A DNA stretch of 60,031 nucleotides, filler included, from Bonamia ostreae (Eukaryota): the NCBI GenBank assembly GCA_040357525.1. It is 9 parts of 9 records of this genome, joined end to end, with 100 filler letters (N's around TTAATTAATTAA, not from the genome) between each part and the next. Parts side by side here need not be neighbours in the genome. Positions count along the whole stretch, not along the records: positions 46,896 to 53,442 come from JBDODL010000120.1; positions 53,543 to 60,031 come from JBDODL010000121.1; 7 more parts are not named here. One strand, 5' to 3'. The notes under the pieces are model-generated. The model did no database searches. It was not told where the DNA came from and worked only from the letters and a program-made list of their open reading frames with translations. The stretch's first letter is position 1. The number at the start of each line of letters is the position of its first letter. Shown piece by piece: positions 46,896-59,529 of this stretch. The position numbers and the translations under genes were made by a program.

Positions 46896-49800
46896 TGTTA
46901 AACAAAACTACTTTCTCCAAAAATTCATTGTTGCCAATTTCATAAATATAATTGTCGCAACAGATGGAAATAGACTTAATGAGACATCTGTGCCATGAAA
47001 ACATTGTCCAATACAAAAACGCAATCAAAACCGAAACGCATTTCAACATTGTCATCGAATTTGTGGAAAACGGTTCGCTCCACAACATAATGCAAAAATT
47101 CGGAGGTTCCTTCGAAGAGCACTTGGTCGCAAAGTACATATTCAAAGTACTCAACGGTCTCAATTATCTCCACAAAGAAGGGGTCATTCACAGAGACATC
47201 AAAGCGGCAAATATTCTTTCGACAAAAGACGGCAACATGAAACTCGCGGATTTTGGCGTTGCCACCAAATTGGGAAAGGAAAGTAAGTCTAATCATCTTG
47301 TCGGATCGCCGTATTGGAGTTTTTTGAAACAAGTACATTATCATTGAAACAACTACATCATAGAAACAAGTACATTATCACAATAAAATCAAAAACGTAA
47401 AAATTTTTGTAAAACGTGAACCGAAAAATATTATTGAAACATTATCGAAACTGGTACATTGTTATCGAAACATGTACATAACTATTAAAAAGTGGCGCCG
47501 GAAGCAGTAGAAATCTCAGAAAACATGACTTCGGCTTGTGACATCTGGTCGTTGGGGTGCACCACGATAGAATTGTTAACAGGGAAACCACCGTATTTTG
47601 AATTGTCGCAAATGCAAGCCATCTTCAGAATCGTAGAAGACGAGTGCCCTCCGTTGCCGAAAAAGATGTCACAAGATTTGGAAGACTTTTTGAAGTGCTG
47701 TTTCCATAAAATTCCGAAAAAGCGAGCGACGGCGTTGCAACTGCTCCAACATCACTGGATCGTTAAAAATAATAAGGACGAAAATAAAGTTTTTTTGCAA
47801 AAGGTGTAAATATTGAAAAAGGGGATGACAAAAACAGTGTTTTCAAAGATTTCGTGGGGAAATTATGTGGAAAAAAGCAAATCCTCATTTTCGAATAACG
47901 TTTTATTAAATTGCCAAAATTATCGAAAATTTTGTTTTTTGCTTTAAAATTTTGGAAATTGCCAAAAATATCGAAAATTTTGTTTTTGCTTTGAAATTTT
48001 GGAAAACTTTTGACATTAATTTCAAATTTTAGCTTGAAACAAACAAATTGCTCGAAAAATATGAAGACACAGTTTACAAAATTTTCACTAAAAGGAAAAT
48101 GATGAAATATTGGATATCGAAACCAGTTTCAACACGAAATCACAAGAAGCGCAAATAGTCTCAAAAGAAAAAAGTCTGACAGAAAAAGACAATTGCTTCG
48201 AAGACATCCCCTTTGAAAGCATTAACAAAGAATTAAAACTCGAGAAAGAATTAAATTTACGAGACGCGAAAATTTCTTTCGGAAAACTGTCGATAAATCT
48301 CGACGAAACTGAATTTTGTGATGTAATGGAAGAGATCAATGACTATTTTAAAGAGAAAAATATTGTTTTTGAAAAATTTATTTTTAGAAAAAAAACGATT
48401 TTTGAATAAAAACTTTAAAAAAAGATAAAACAAATTGTAAACGAAGAACTGATCGAAGAAAACGCTATTAAAATGATCCGCTGCGCAATAAACAATATTT
48501 ACAGCTACAGCTCGAACATTGCGTTTCTTGGATTTGTTGAACAAGTCGCCGAAATTTCCAGGAAAACTTTTTTTCGTCTTTGTCTTTTAGGTCTCCCGCA
48601 ATTCATTTGTTCTGTCACCTCAAAAACAGGGAATTTTAAAGTTAAAAAAAGTACTTTGGACATCATTGAAACTGTTTTAAATTATTTTGAAACTGTTTTA
48701 AATTATTTCCTTTGTTACAATTTTTTGCGAAAACATTGATTTTAAAGTACTTTATTCCCACTGAGACAGCAAATGGCAATTTAAGGGACATGTTTATTTC
48801 AAACGGCGGAATTGAAATTTTCTCAAATTATTTTAATGGAGACTTTTCATTGTACGAGGTTTTGATGGCTAGAGCGACTAATTGCGTTTTTGAAGTGATT
48901 GAAGAAAGCGTTTTCTAAATTTTAAAATATCAAACTTTTTTCATAATAGAAAAAATTGAAAATTGCGCACTGTCAAATTTTGTCTGAAAATGGGTTTTAC
49001 CACAAATTAGCTTTTTATCTCTCAAAATTGGCGAATTCCAGAACGCCCGACATTATTTACAAAATTTCGATTTTGTTTAGACATGCTTCGCAATGTGACA
49101 ACGCGGTTCGAAAAATTTTATGTGAAGAGATTGTTCTCAAATGTTTAAACAAAATTTTTCAGAAAAATTGCAAATTTTAATTTTGTTTTTGATAAAATTT
49201 CAAATTATCTAAAATTGCAAAATTATAATTTTATTTTTGCTGAAATAGCAAATTATTGATCCAAATCCCCATTTTGCTCATAAAGGCTTCATATTATTTT
49301 TGAAACGCCCAGAGGAAAGAATTATGTTGTGTGGATTGAGTTGCTTAAAAAATCTCACAAAATGCCCAATATTGTTCACAAATATCAAAGAAAGCGGTTT
49401 AATGGCCAATCTCATAACAATGTTGTCACACCCAAATGAAGTAAATATTAATATTATAACAACACAAAAACAAGGAAGTACAAAAAGAAGTTTTTAAAGT
49501 CGTTTACGACATTATAAAAATACAATCATGGCTGCAAGAAGCAGCTGCTTCAATGTTTATCGTGCCGGCTCTGATTCGTTTTGTGGAATCAGACGGTCCA
49601 TTAAAAGAAATGGCGTTTTCATTAATATGCAAAATGGCCTTCGCGGGGCCAATGTTATTTTAGTAATAAATTTAGATCAAGAGAACATTTGCGCAAAAAT
49701 ATGGCAGTTGAACTATATCTTCTAATGCTAAAAATTCCGCACTGGAGTTCGATCGCAATCGATTCTTTGGCAAAATTGTTTTTGCTTATTTTACAAAATT

Positions 49801-50461
49801 TATAGTTTTGACATTTTTTTGGCAATTTTTTGTTGATTTTTATAAAAATTGTTTTTGTTGCAGCAATTTTTGCTGATTTTTATAAAAATTGTTTTTGTTG
49901 CAGCAATTTTTGCTGACTTTTATAAAAATTGTTTTTGTTGCAGCAATTTTTGCTGACTTTTATAAACATTACCACAAAAACAACTCAAAGAGTTGCTTGT
50001 GAAACAAAAAATGAAATCTGTTTCAGGGAAAAGAACAACTTTGATAAAATAACGGAACATTTGGAAAAAAGCGCTGTTAAGACTTTTGAAAAAAGTGTTC
50101 ATTCTATTTACAAATTATCAAACGCTTCCAATTTGTTTCGTGAATTAGCTTCTCAAGATCGTTTTTATTTAATTTTCGAAAACAGAAAATTTAAATTTTC
50201 GCCATTTCTAATACAATAAAAAAAGAAAATTTTCTTCAAATAATTGAAAAGAGATTGAATGAAATTTCGGACGTGCAATCGAAACTGTCAGTTATGAAAA
50301 TTTTCAGGTGCATTTTGGACAAAGAATTTTTGTCGATCGACGCAAAATCCAATATGAACAAAATCTTAAACGGTTTAACGTTTTCGAAACGAGTGATCGT
50401 TTCTGATTTTGCTAAAAAATTGTTGGAGCAATTTTTCGACAATAATACTGTAAAAAATTAA
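46896..50461 (+). CDS. Cdc7/Cdc15/SepA (MAP3K-epsilon)-type STE kinase with helical-repeat C-terminus (5' truncated)
   Basis: EIDLMRHLCHENIVQY, EFVENGSL, HRDIKAANIL, DFG, VGSPYW|MAPE, DIWSLGCTTIELLTGKPPYF, AIFRIVEDECPPLP. Confidence 0.88.
49820..49965. repeat. 40-bp tandem repeat in a kinase intron
   Basis: gcaatttttgctgatttttataaaaattgtttttgttgca, about 3.5 copies. Confidence 0.92.
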
Positions 50462-50750
50462 ATAAGACCGCCATTTTTAAGCTGTTTTAGCAAAATTTGG
50501 CAATTTTTTGAAAATTAATTTTTCGTACAAATCTGCGATATCATTAAATAATAAAACGACAGCTTTAATCTTTTTATTGTGATTATTTTAGAAATGGCGA
50601 TTATTTTAGGAAATGTGCAAAACAAATCAAAACGAAATTATTACGATCATTTGTTATATTGTCCGGCACATTTCCATTATCAATGCTCTATTATTATATC
50701 GAATGTATTTAGTCAAATCCAATTTGCAAATAAGATTTTATCATACAAAA

Positions 50751-52391
50751 ATGGTCGACAGAAAAACTTTTCATACCTTAAAAATAAGAGTCAAGAGTTC
50801 GATTTTCCTGGGAATCGGATTCGTTCTGTTCATTCAAGGCGGTCATTTTGCGATGCTCTTTCTCGGACTTCTGATCCAAATAATGATGTACAATGAAATA
50901 ATCTCAGTCGGACGAAAAAAATATTTGAAAGAGATTTCATTCAATAATCTGCATTGGTTTATTGCCAAATTTTCGATTCTTAAAATTTGAAGGGTTTTGT
51001 TCGCAACGGCGTTTTTCCATTTTAACGGGCGACTACTTTTCCACGATCTGATAAAAAGCGAGATTTTGGACGAGTCGATGATAAAGTACTCAAAATACCA
51101 CCAATCCATTTCCTACGGAATGCTCATTTTCAGTTAAATTTAGTAATTAAAGATGTCGTTTTCTTTGTTTTAAGTCTCAAAAAACCGTTCTACCGCAAAC
51201 AATTCAAAGTTTTAAGTCTTTGCTTGGCCGCCCTTTTCTTCATCCACGCAAAGACTTAAAACTTTGAATTGAGTCTTTGCTTGGCCGCCCTTTTCTTCAT
51301 CCACGCCCAAATTTTCTTGTTTTACAAAATGATGCAGAGTGGAAGGATATGGTGCTTTCATCAATTTGTAATTTTGCGCGCCATTCGCCAAAAAAATTAT
51401 TTTTGTTCAATTTGTAATTTTGCGCGCCATTCGCCAAAAAATTTATTATTTATTGTTCAATTTGTAATTTTGCGCGCCATTCGTCAAAAAAATTATTATT
51501 TTTGTTCAATTTGTAATTTTGCGCGCAATTAAAAAGACAATTTAGTTTAATGACCATTCAAAAGGGTGATAACTCCAATCATTCTTAATATAATCAACGA
51601 TACTTCTGCTTATGCAATAGGAAAATTGTTCGGAAAAACACCTTTGCTGCGCCTGTCGCCGAAAAAAACTCTCGAAGGATATGTCGGCGGCGTCATAGTT
51701 ACAACATTTTTGTCTCCTTTTGTTTTGAATGTAACAGTTTTAAAGATAGCGGGATTTACCAGTCAGTTCCAGTCGCTCATCTGTCCAGCGCGAGGAGTTT
51801 TCTTTTTGAGCGGCGAATGTAAGCCGGACGCCATCTACACTAAAACAAAATATCTTTTCCATTTACCGCTGACCAATGTTTCATCGCTCCATTTTTAATA
51901 TTCCAAAACAAAATGATCAAAATAAAAAAATTATCCAAAAATTGGAAAACGCCCAAATTTTTTTCAAAAAGTTTGCAAAGTTACCAACAACATTCACTCT
52001 CAATTGGTCGCAGTTCCAAGTACATTTCGTTTTCATTGGCATTTTGGTCTCCATATTTGCGCCATTTGGTGGATTTTTGGCGAGTGGATTCAAAAGAGCC
52101 TTTAATTTAAAAGTTATTTCAATAATTTTTGATAATTAAATTTGAAATTTTGGAAAAAAATTTGATTATTGCAAAATTAAGGATTTCGGTGACACAATTC
52201 CGGGCCACGGCGGAATTACAGATCGTTTGGACTGCTTGCCAATAGCGGCGATAATCGTTCATTTTTATAAAATGACGTTCATCAATATGCCCGATATGGA
52301 CCCGGAATATCTGTTCTCGCAATTTACCAAATTGTCCACAGACGATAAAGTCGTTTTCCGAAACATGATAGCCAATTTTGCTCCGATTTAA
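50751..52391 (+). CDS. CDS1: Phosphatidate cytidylyltransferase CDS1 (interrupted by a 57-nt duplication/inversion)
   Basis: NDTSAYAIGKLFGKTPLLRLSPKKTLEGYVGG; APFGGFLASGFKRAF..|DFGDTIPGHGGITDRLDC. Confidence 0.92.
51358..51530. repeat. ~46-50-bp tandem repeat in a CDS1 intron
   Basis: ttcaatttgtaattttgcgcgccattcgccaaaaaa, about 4 copies. Confidence 0.92.
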
Positions 52392-52535
52392 ATATCATTC
52401 CCTATTTTTCATTTTTTGAATTTAAAATTTTTCATTTTTTATCGTTTTACAATTTTTCGCGTTAAAAACCGTTTCTGCAAATTGATAAAAATTGCTCAAA
52501 TAAAAATTGTGACGATTTCAAAAAAAGATTACAAA

Positions 52536-53442
52536 TCATTTAATTCTTCTTGATACATCCACTCCCAACCCTAAAACGAAGAAGACACCCGCGTAAAGGT
52601 ATTTAAAAGTGAACGGTTTCGCAACGACTGCAAACGACAATAAAACAGAGACGATTTTGCGAACTGTTGTTATTGTCGCAGCCAGAACAGATCCGAAGTC
52701 CTTTATTAGCTGCATGAAACAGGCCGCCCCAAGATAAATCGCCAGAGAGCGCATTGTTATCAACAGATAGATTAACGGCTTGTGCGAGCAATATTCGAAT
52801 CCAACCGCTATTTCGCCTTTGCAGAAGTTTTTTAATTATTGCTGGCGACATTCAAAGACATTTAAAAAACGAGTCCAAACAGCGATAACAAACGTTTGCA
52901 AAAAAGCGAAAAAATTGCTGAACATCAAAATCTCTGAAACGGTGACACCGTTTTTTAAGCCTTTCTCTTGAAAATTCGTGTGGAAAGCGTCTCCGACCAG
53001 ACTGAGCAGAACAATGACCAGTCCAAAGAAGCTGAACGAAGGAGAAATGTCCATGTCTCCAAGAGTGAAGAGAACGCAGCTCGTCGCCAGAAGACAAGCC
53101 GCGCTGGTTTCTTTGCAGTTGGGCTTGTTGTGGAGCACAAAGTACCCCACGAACATTATCGACAACAGCTTCAGCGATTTGAATATGACTAAAGTGGGGT
53201 AGTTCATATACAGAAAACTCATGTTCGTCAGTCCTTTCGACGCGCACATGGAAATCGAGATCACTAAGAGGTTTTTGGCCTTTGCCCAAGTCATTTCGTC
53301 TTTCAGAAGGCCCAGTTTCCGGTCGTGGCCGAGTTTTATCATCGCGAACATTGAAAACTGTAGCAACTCGAAGGACGACAGAAACCAGCTGAATTTGAAT
53401 CCGGTGTACACTTTGAAGATGACTTCTTCTATGACGCCAGTC
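52536..53442 (-). CDS. UAA-family nucleotide-sugar/PAPS transporter (SLC35B3-like), 5' truncated
   Basis: GLTNMSFLYMNYPTLVIFKSLKL, LFTLGD, LSLVGDA..NFQEK, FGSVLAATITTVRKIVSVLLSF...KPF. Confidence 0.85.
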
Positions 53443-53600
53443 NNNNNNNNNNNNNNNNNNNNNNNNNNNNNNNNNNNNNNNNNNNNTTAATTAATTAANN
53501 NNNNNNNNNNNNNNNNNNNNNNNNNNNNNNNNNNNNNNNNNNTTAGAAAAAATATATTTCGAGAAAACGTCTTTAACGCCCCGAAATATTCGTTTAAAAC

Positions 53601-54458
53601 ATGGGAGGTTGTTGCGGAAAAGAAGCAAAGCAAAGAAGGAACGTTTTTACATCAAAATTTAGAGCAAAAAACTTGTCTCTTTGATCGGCAGATTGAAGAG
53701 GAAATGGCTGAAAGCAAAAGAGAACACGGGAGAAGACCCTCTCGGGTTCCTGAACAAACTACAGAAGAAATTTTCAATCGCCAACATCCGCCACGAGGAC
53801 AAAATCAGAAAGAAAAGCAAGCAGGAGCTCGAAGACTTGTCCGAAACCGTGTTTAAAGCCGTCACAAAGTTTGAAAATCTCCCCGATTTTCTCATTTGGA
53901 CGACAAACGACAAAGACGCGGCTAACAACTTTAGAATCGCGCTGAAAAAGCTGCTGTGCGGCGAGAAGAACAAGCAAAGAGCGATGCAATTGGGAGAAGT
54001 CGCCGTGGTGAGCCGGCTGTTCAAAGCGGAAGCGGTCGACGCGGTCATTAAAGCGCTTTCGGAGATTTCGCGCGACGCGTTCAAAGACGCCGACGCAGAC
54101 GCTTTTCGGCAAATCCTCGCCGTTGTCGCACAGCGCCTTCGAGACAGACTAAACCTCACTGTTTCGCAGATTGAAGTTTATATAACACTTAAAGGAAGGA
54201 CACAAAGAACTGAGCCGTCTCTCAGACGACTTCGTGGACAACATAAAGCTCATATTGTCCGGACCGGACGAAAGACTGAAGTTTATGGACAAAGTAACGG
54301 GCGGATCGCGCATTGTGGCGGTTGCGCTTTTGGTCGTGCTGGGGAGCAGACTTTTGGACGAGAACAGGGAAAGATATAAAAAGGCCGACGGCTTTCTGGA
54401 GCGACTTATCAATCTGTTGCAGCCACAGAAGCAATCGAGCGCCGTCGCCGCGGATTAA
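53601..54458 (+). CDS. Hypothetical helical protein with dual-acylation N-terminus (MGGCCG)
   Basis: ATG at 53601, short intron into ORF 53681, second intron into ORF ending 54458. Confidence 0.65.
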
Positions 54459-54503
54459 ATGTTGGAGCAAATTATAGCGCTTTCGAAAAATTAGCAATCG
54501 CAT

Positions 54504-55333
54504 TTAGCTTTCCTCGGACAATTCCTCGGCGCGTTCCACCACGGAGTCCACGGCATTGATGACCGCGCCCCGGAAGCCGTCGTCCTCCAGCGACTGCACT
54601 CCGGCGATCGTGGTGCCGCCCGGACTTGTAATCCGGTCGCGCAACTGAGCTGGGTGGACCTCGCTCTCCAGCGCCATCTTGGCCGCGCCCATCACAGCCT
54701 GCGCAGCCAACTTGAGCCCGACGTCTTTGGGAAGGCCGTGCAGCAAGCCGCCGTCGGCCAGCGCTTCGATCATCATCAAGACGAACGCTGGGCTGGAGCC
54801 GCTCACCCCCGTGACCGCGCCGAGAAGAGGTTCCTTTACCTCGAAAGCGGTTCCGATTGAATTTAGGACGTAACGGACCAGCTCCTTTTGGTCGTCGCTC
54901 TCCATTCTTCGGCCGAACGCAAAGCCGCTGGCCATCTCGTTTACCGTGGCGGTGATATTCGGCATCACGCGCGTGACCGGGGAGGTCGGGATGATCTCTT
55001 GGATGTCGTCCAGTTTTATGCCCGCGAGAACGGATATTACCAACTGAGTCGGATTCAGACTTTTCTCGATCGCTTTGAGTGTCTTCCGGTATCCCTTCAA
55101 TGCGCCAAAATTACCTTCGGCGGAACGCAGAGAACGACCAAGTCGGCCCCCTCTACTGCTTCGCACGCATCAGTTGTGATTTTCGATTTGGGGAACTTTG
55201 ATCTTAGGCCGGACGTTATTTCCGAGTCTGTGTTGCAAAGAACCATTTTGGTTTCTGCGAAAACAGATTTGTTTATCAGCGCGGCCGCCATCGCGGGGCC
55301 CATCACTCGCGCGCCGATGAAAGCTACGCTCAT
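54504..55333 (-). CDS. PYCR: Pyrroline-5-carboxylate reductase
   Basis: ISVLAGI, RVMPN, TGVSGSSPAF, IEALADGG, HPAQLRDRITSPGGTTIAG; 20-nt intron. Confidence 0.95.
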
Positions 55334-55461
55334 TTTTCTAGCTCGCTTCTCAACATTTTGTTTCTTGGGAATAGACATCAGGCTACGTTTTTCAAAAACT
55401 AAATCCTAATTTACCTGAGTGATCTAACGAACCCTAAATTTTAAGTCTTTACCTAAACCGC

Positions 55462-55923
55462 ATGGGAAGAGTCAGCAACAAGATAGTCAAGAACGCGAGC
55501 AAAAAAATAGTCGAGCAGTACTACAAACGATTGACTCTCGACTTTTACACGAACAAGCGCGTGATCGAAGAAGTGGTCGAGACGCCCTCGAAGAAGGTTC
55601 GGAACAAAATCGCCGGATACACGACAGTTACATTCCGTCAAATTTAGAGACTAATGAGGCGCATTCAGCGAGGCCCGGTCAAAGGAGTCACGCTCAAGTT
55701 GCAGGAATACGAACGCGAGCGGAAAATGGACTACGAACCTTTGGTCTCCGACCTCGACACCCGACGCATTCTGATCGACCCTGACACAGAGCAAATGGTA
55801 AAGTCCGTCATAAAGCGCATAGCGCCAGTCAACCCTGAGGACTACAACATGACCAATTTGGAACTAATCAAAAAGCCGTCACATGAAAGAGAAAAACGCG
55901 CAAAGCGAGCCCCGCTCCAATAA
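55462..55923 (+). CDS. RPS17: 40S ribosomal protein S17 (eS17)
   Basis: MGRV..K..IVEQYY..LTLDF..NKRV...[29 protein letters not shown]; 21-nt intron 55627-55647. Confidence 0.97.
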
Positions 55924-55935
55924 ACGTCGTGTGAT

Positions 55936-57508
55936 TTATTTAAAATTTAGCTTTTCGTAGAAAAGCAGATAAGCTTCTTCCTTGAAGACCTTCGATCTCG
56001 AAACGACTTTTACCTTCGAGTCGTTGAAGCAGTACCAATCGCCGTTTTCAGAGCCGCGGTCCTGCACGAACGCGATGTAGTGTCCGCTTTTCAGCGACCC
56101 GGAATGCTTTACCAGCGACACCAATTTGTACTGGGCACCGCTTTTTTCTTTGACCCTTTCACTAAAATACCGACTCAAATCTAGCTCCGCCGAGAACGCG
56201 ACGTTCTTTTCGTTTTTGCGGAGTTCTCCGTTCCGGTTCCTGAATCTCTTCAGGTGGATGGCCAGAGCGTCTGGACTGTCCAGCAACCGACTCCACTTCC
56301 GCACTTTAAGGTCCTCCCCGCGGCATTGGTCGCAAATGGACAAGGGACCTTCGATCGTTTCAGCTGCGAAAAAGTGTTCAAGACATTTCTCCAAAGTTAG
56401 GTTCTCGCCACTTTCGATTTTCAAGTTCTTCATCTTCAGCGCCAAGTCATCCGCTTTCGATTTTCGGATTTAAGGTTACGGTATAAAACGTGAGTTCCAG
56501 CTTTTCTCTTTTTTGACTTCAAACGAAATCGGAACGGACAAGGCATTGAAGCTCTCTACAACTGATTTGGTCTGTTGCGTTTTAGTTTAAACTTTGTCGC
56601 AGTTTTCGCATTTCAAGTTGTTTTCGAGAATGCCGCCGAAAACCGATTCGGGGAGATATCGTTTCAAGTTTCTAGCTTTGATGTTTTGCATTTCTTTCGT
56701 TTTGTTGTCCGACAAGATCAGTTTTCTGAGAAAGTTCGAGCTGCAATTTCGAATCGAGTGGCATTCCGCCAGGAGCGTTTCTCGTTCACCTTTTTTCAAT
56801 TTGGTTCTTTTTGTCAACACACACATTTCCAAATAAAACGGATAAAGCTCTTGAACAGAATTTTCTTTTAGCGGCTTTAACCCTATTTGCATTACCGCTT
56901 TTTTATCGAGTTCCAGTTCCTTTGCAGATGCTTTTATTCCTATGCAGTCCATCCAAGTCTGAAAGTCTCGTGCAGTCCAAGTTCCCAGAACTCAAATTAT
57001 CAAAATTACTTTTTGTGGCGAGTTCTGCGCAGTAAGCGTCTCTGTCTTTTTCTCGGTCGTCGGATAAAGCAGATAACACTACACAAAGAAACTCGTGCGC
57101 GTCGTGCTGAGAAGTTCCTCTGAATGCGTAATTTCTTTGAGCAGCGGCATTCAAAAGCAATTTGGGCGACATGTGTCCTTTGCGTTTTCTCTCGTACTCA
57201 AAAAGCGTTTTCATCAGAACATCGCCCATTTCCCCTTTTGATTGTTCTCTTCGCTCGCTTTCTTCCAAGTCTGCCAGTTTTTTCCTAAGTGGCACGCAAT
57301 GAATAAGACACTGCAACTTTTGGTTGTCTAAAATTACGACTGAGTTTAAGTAGCAAGTGTTCCCTTGGTTTTTGAGTCCTATGTAGTGGTTTGGAATAGG
57401 TTGGATCTCTTGCAATTCACTAATCGAAGATCGATCTGAAGTTCTTTTAGATAACTGTTGTCTTTCTTCTTTGTAATCTTTTCTTTTTGATTTTTTCTTT
57501 TTGACCAT
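55936..57508 (-). CDS. Ubiquitin-specific protease (peptidase C19)
   Basis: Cys box GLKNQGNTCYLNSV, QHDAHEFL, IHLKRF, His box HSGSLKSGHYIA, WYCFNDS, AYLLFYE. Confidence 0.93.
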
Positions 57509-58022
57509 CCTATAAACCGAGTTTATTATGAAACTATAATATATTCTCAATGGAAAAACAGGATCCCTCTCTTATCGGGCACCGTCTAAATTTAACGCTA
57601 ATTATATAAAGCCATTTAAAAAGACTTCCATCATTTGAAATAATTGAGTCACCAGAATCTTCCGCGGCTCGCCTACATTTCTTACTTTTAAGCTGGATTT
57701 TTCTTTACCGTGATTTTCATTAATATTTCTTCCTTTCTTTCAAATTTCCTGCAATTAAACAATGCGGCTACCTTTTTACATTGCACATCGTCAGCGGATT
57801 ATCTGAACTTCCAATTTGACTAATGTAGCTATTGAATAGATACTTCGAACCTTGAATGTCTGGTCTAAATCATGGCAAAATTGGAAATTGATTGTTGAAG
57901 AAGGACAAAATTGAAATACAAAAATTGTCGAGGTTTTAAAAAAATGTAAAATCAAGCTAGTTCATTGCAGCAGCGCAAGAAAATGCAAAAAAAATTTGAA
58001 AACAAAATAATAGTGGAAATTT

Positions 58023-58425
58023 TTAGTCAAATTGTTGTCGCAATTTCATTTCTCCTTCTGATTTCCAAGTTGAAATGGAAGACTGTCCCTTCATTCTTTT
58101 TGCTCGCTCTTTCTTTTTCATTGCAGTTTTTTCTCTAATTTTTTCTTTATCGACCGGCTTTTTAATTTTTTCTATATTTTATTTTTGTAACTTGTTCTTT
58201 CGTTCAAAAACGACTTGTTCGATTTGAATGCTTTTGCTAGTTTTAGAATTTCATCTTCCGACGAGCTTTCGTTTTTTTCATCTTCAGACGATTTTTTGTC
58301 GAGATCAAAAACCTTTATTTCTCTTTCTTTCACTTTGACAAAATCATCGAGTGGCTTATCGAAAAGTTTCTAATCATTTATTTAAAAACATCAACTGGTA
58401 AAAGTTTTATCTTTTTTTTCGCCAT
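58023..58425 (-). CDS. Small conserved-looking hypothetical protein (missed by the ORF track)
   Basis: Three exons: MAKKKIKLLPVD|KLFD...|...KKERAKRMKGQSSISTWKSEGEMKLRQQFD*. Confidence 0.7.
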
Positions 58426-59529
58426 TTAACAAAAGTTAAAACTTTTTTTATGTATAATCTTTAATTAACTAACCATTTGGATTTATTGAATGTCTTTACA
58501 CGTAAAACAATTTTGATTGTCAGTGACAATCATTTATAATTACGAATTAATTTTACTATCCATGTATTTGCATTTGTTTCGTCATACAAGTATAGATATT
58601 TTTCGACATAAGGAGAAGTAGGCCCCTTAATAAGAATCAAAATTATTTGGGAAGAATCTTAACAAAGTTTTCAATGATTTCTGGATCAGAGGTAAATCCC
58701 TCTGATCCAAAAATTAAATAATTATTATGAAGGCCATACACAAAGTTAAATAAACAGATATTGCTGAGATAGGATACTTAACAGCTTACTTGTGAAAGAT
58801 TTTGTTGAATGTTTTTTTAACATTGGTTATAACTGATTGATAATTTGTTTAATATTCGAGTCAATATTTCAAGTCATAATTATTACCGCCATCATGTTGA
58901 TCGCTTTCACAATCTTTGCAACCGTTATCTATACTAAGCGCAATGCAACTCTAAAGATGTTCTTAATAAGTTCCACATCTTCATGATTTATTCCAGTAAT
59001 ACGAGTATTTTGAAGAGTTTCATAATCGGGTCGAAACAAATCATTTTGTTGAATGACATCGAGTTTGCATTTTCTTCATCTTCTACATTCAGATCGAGTC
59101 GAGCTTTCCTCTTTAATGTAGAAGATGAATGTAGAAAACACATAAAGAACCACTTTTTTTATAATTTGTCATTATATATTCTTTAACTCCAAACCGAAAT
59201 TAAAATTCAATGGATAAAATTAAAAAACTTTCGAAAGAAAAGAAACTTTTGATAGTCGTTGTCATCATTTTATATTCAATTATGCTTTTTTTTACTTTTT
59301 CACAAAAAATTCTGTTTTCTGTTTTTGGTTTATCGCCTTTATGTATACTTTTAAGTATACCTATAATCAAAATAATAAAAATAACGAAAAATAGAAGACG
59401 TCTTGCTGTTAATGGTGAAATTTTTGCTGAACTTAGCAAATTGTCAAGTAATAGAGTTATACTTTATTAAATAGAATATTTAAATTTTTATCCAATAAGC
59501 AAAACTCGATTAATAATATTTTTAAATTT

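Noticed and set aside
6643-53542. Regularly spaced TTAATTAATTAA palindrome about every 6.7 kb
   Set aside because: Artificial all-frame-stop linker inside N runs joining size-sorted contigs; not biology. Cross-linker gene clustering is also meaningless.
58990-59439. Possible membrane-protein gene with an in-frame TGA (59076-59078), suggesting stop-codon reassignment
   Set aside because: TGA ends RPS13 at its expected length and also ends the FBPase-like domain, and conserved Trp residues use TGG. The exon model here is unsupported; a pseudogene or wrong frame is likelier.
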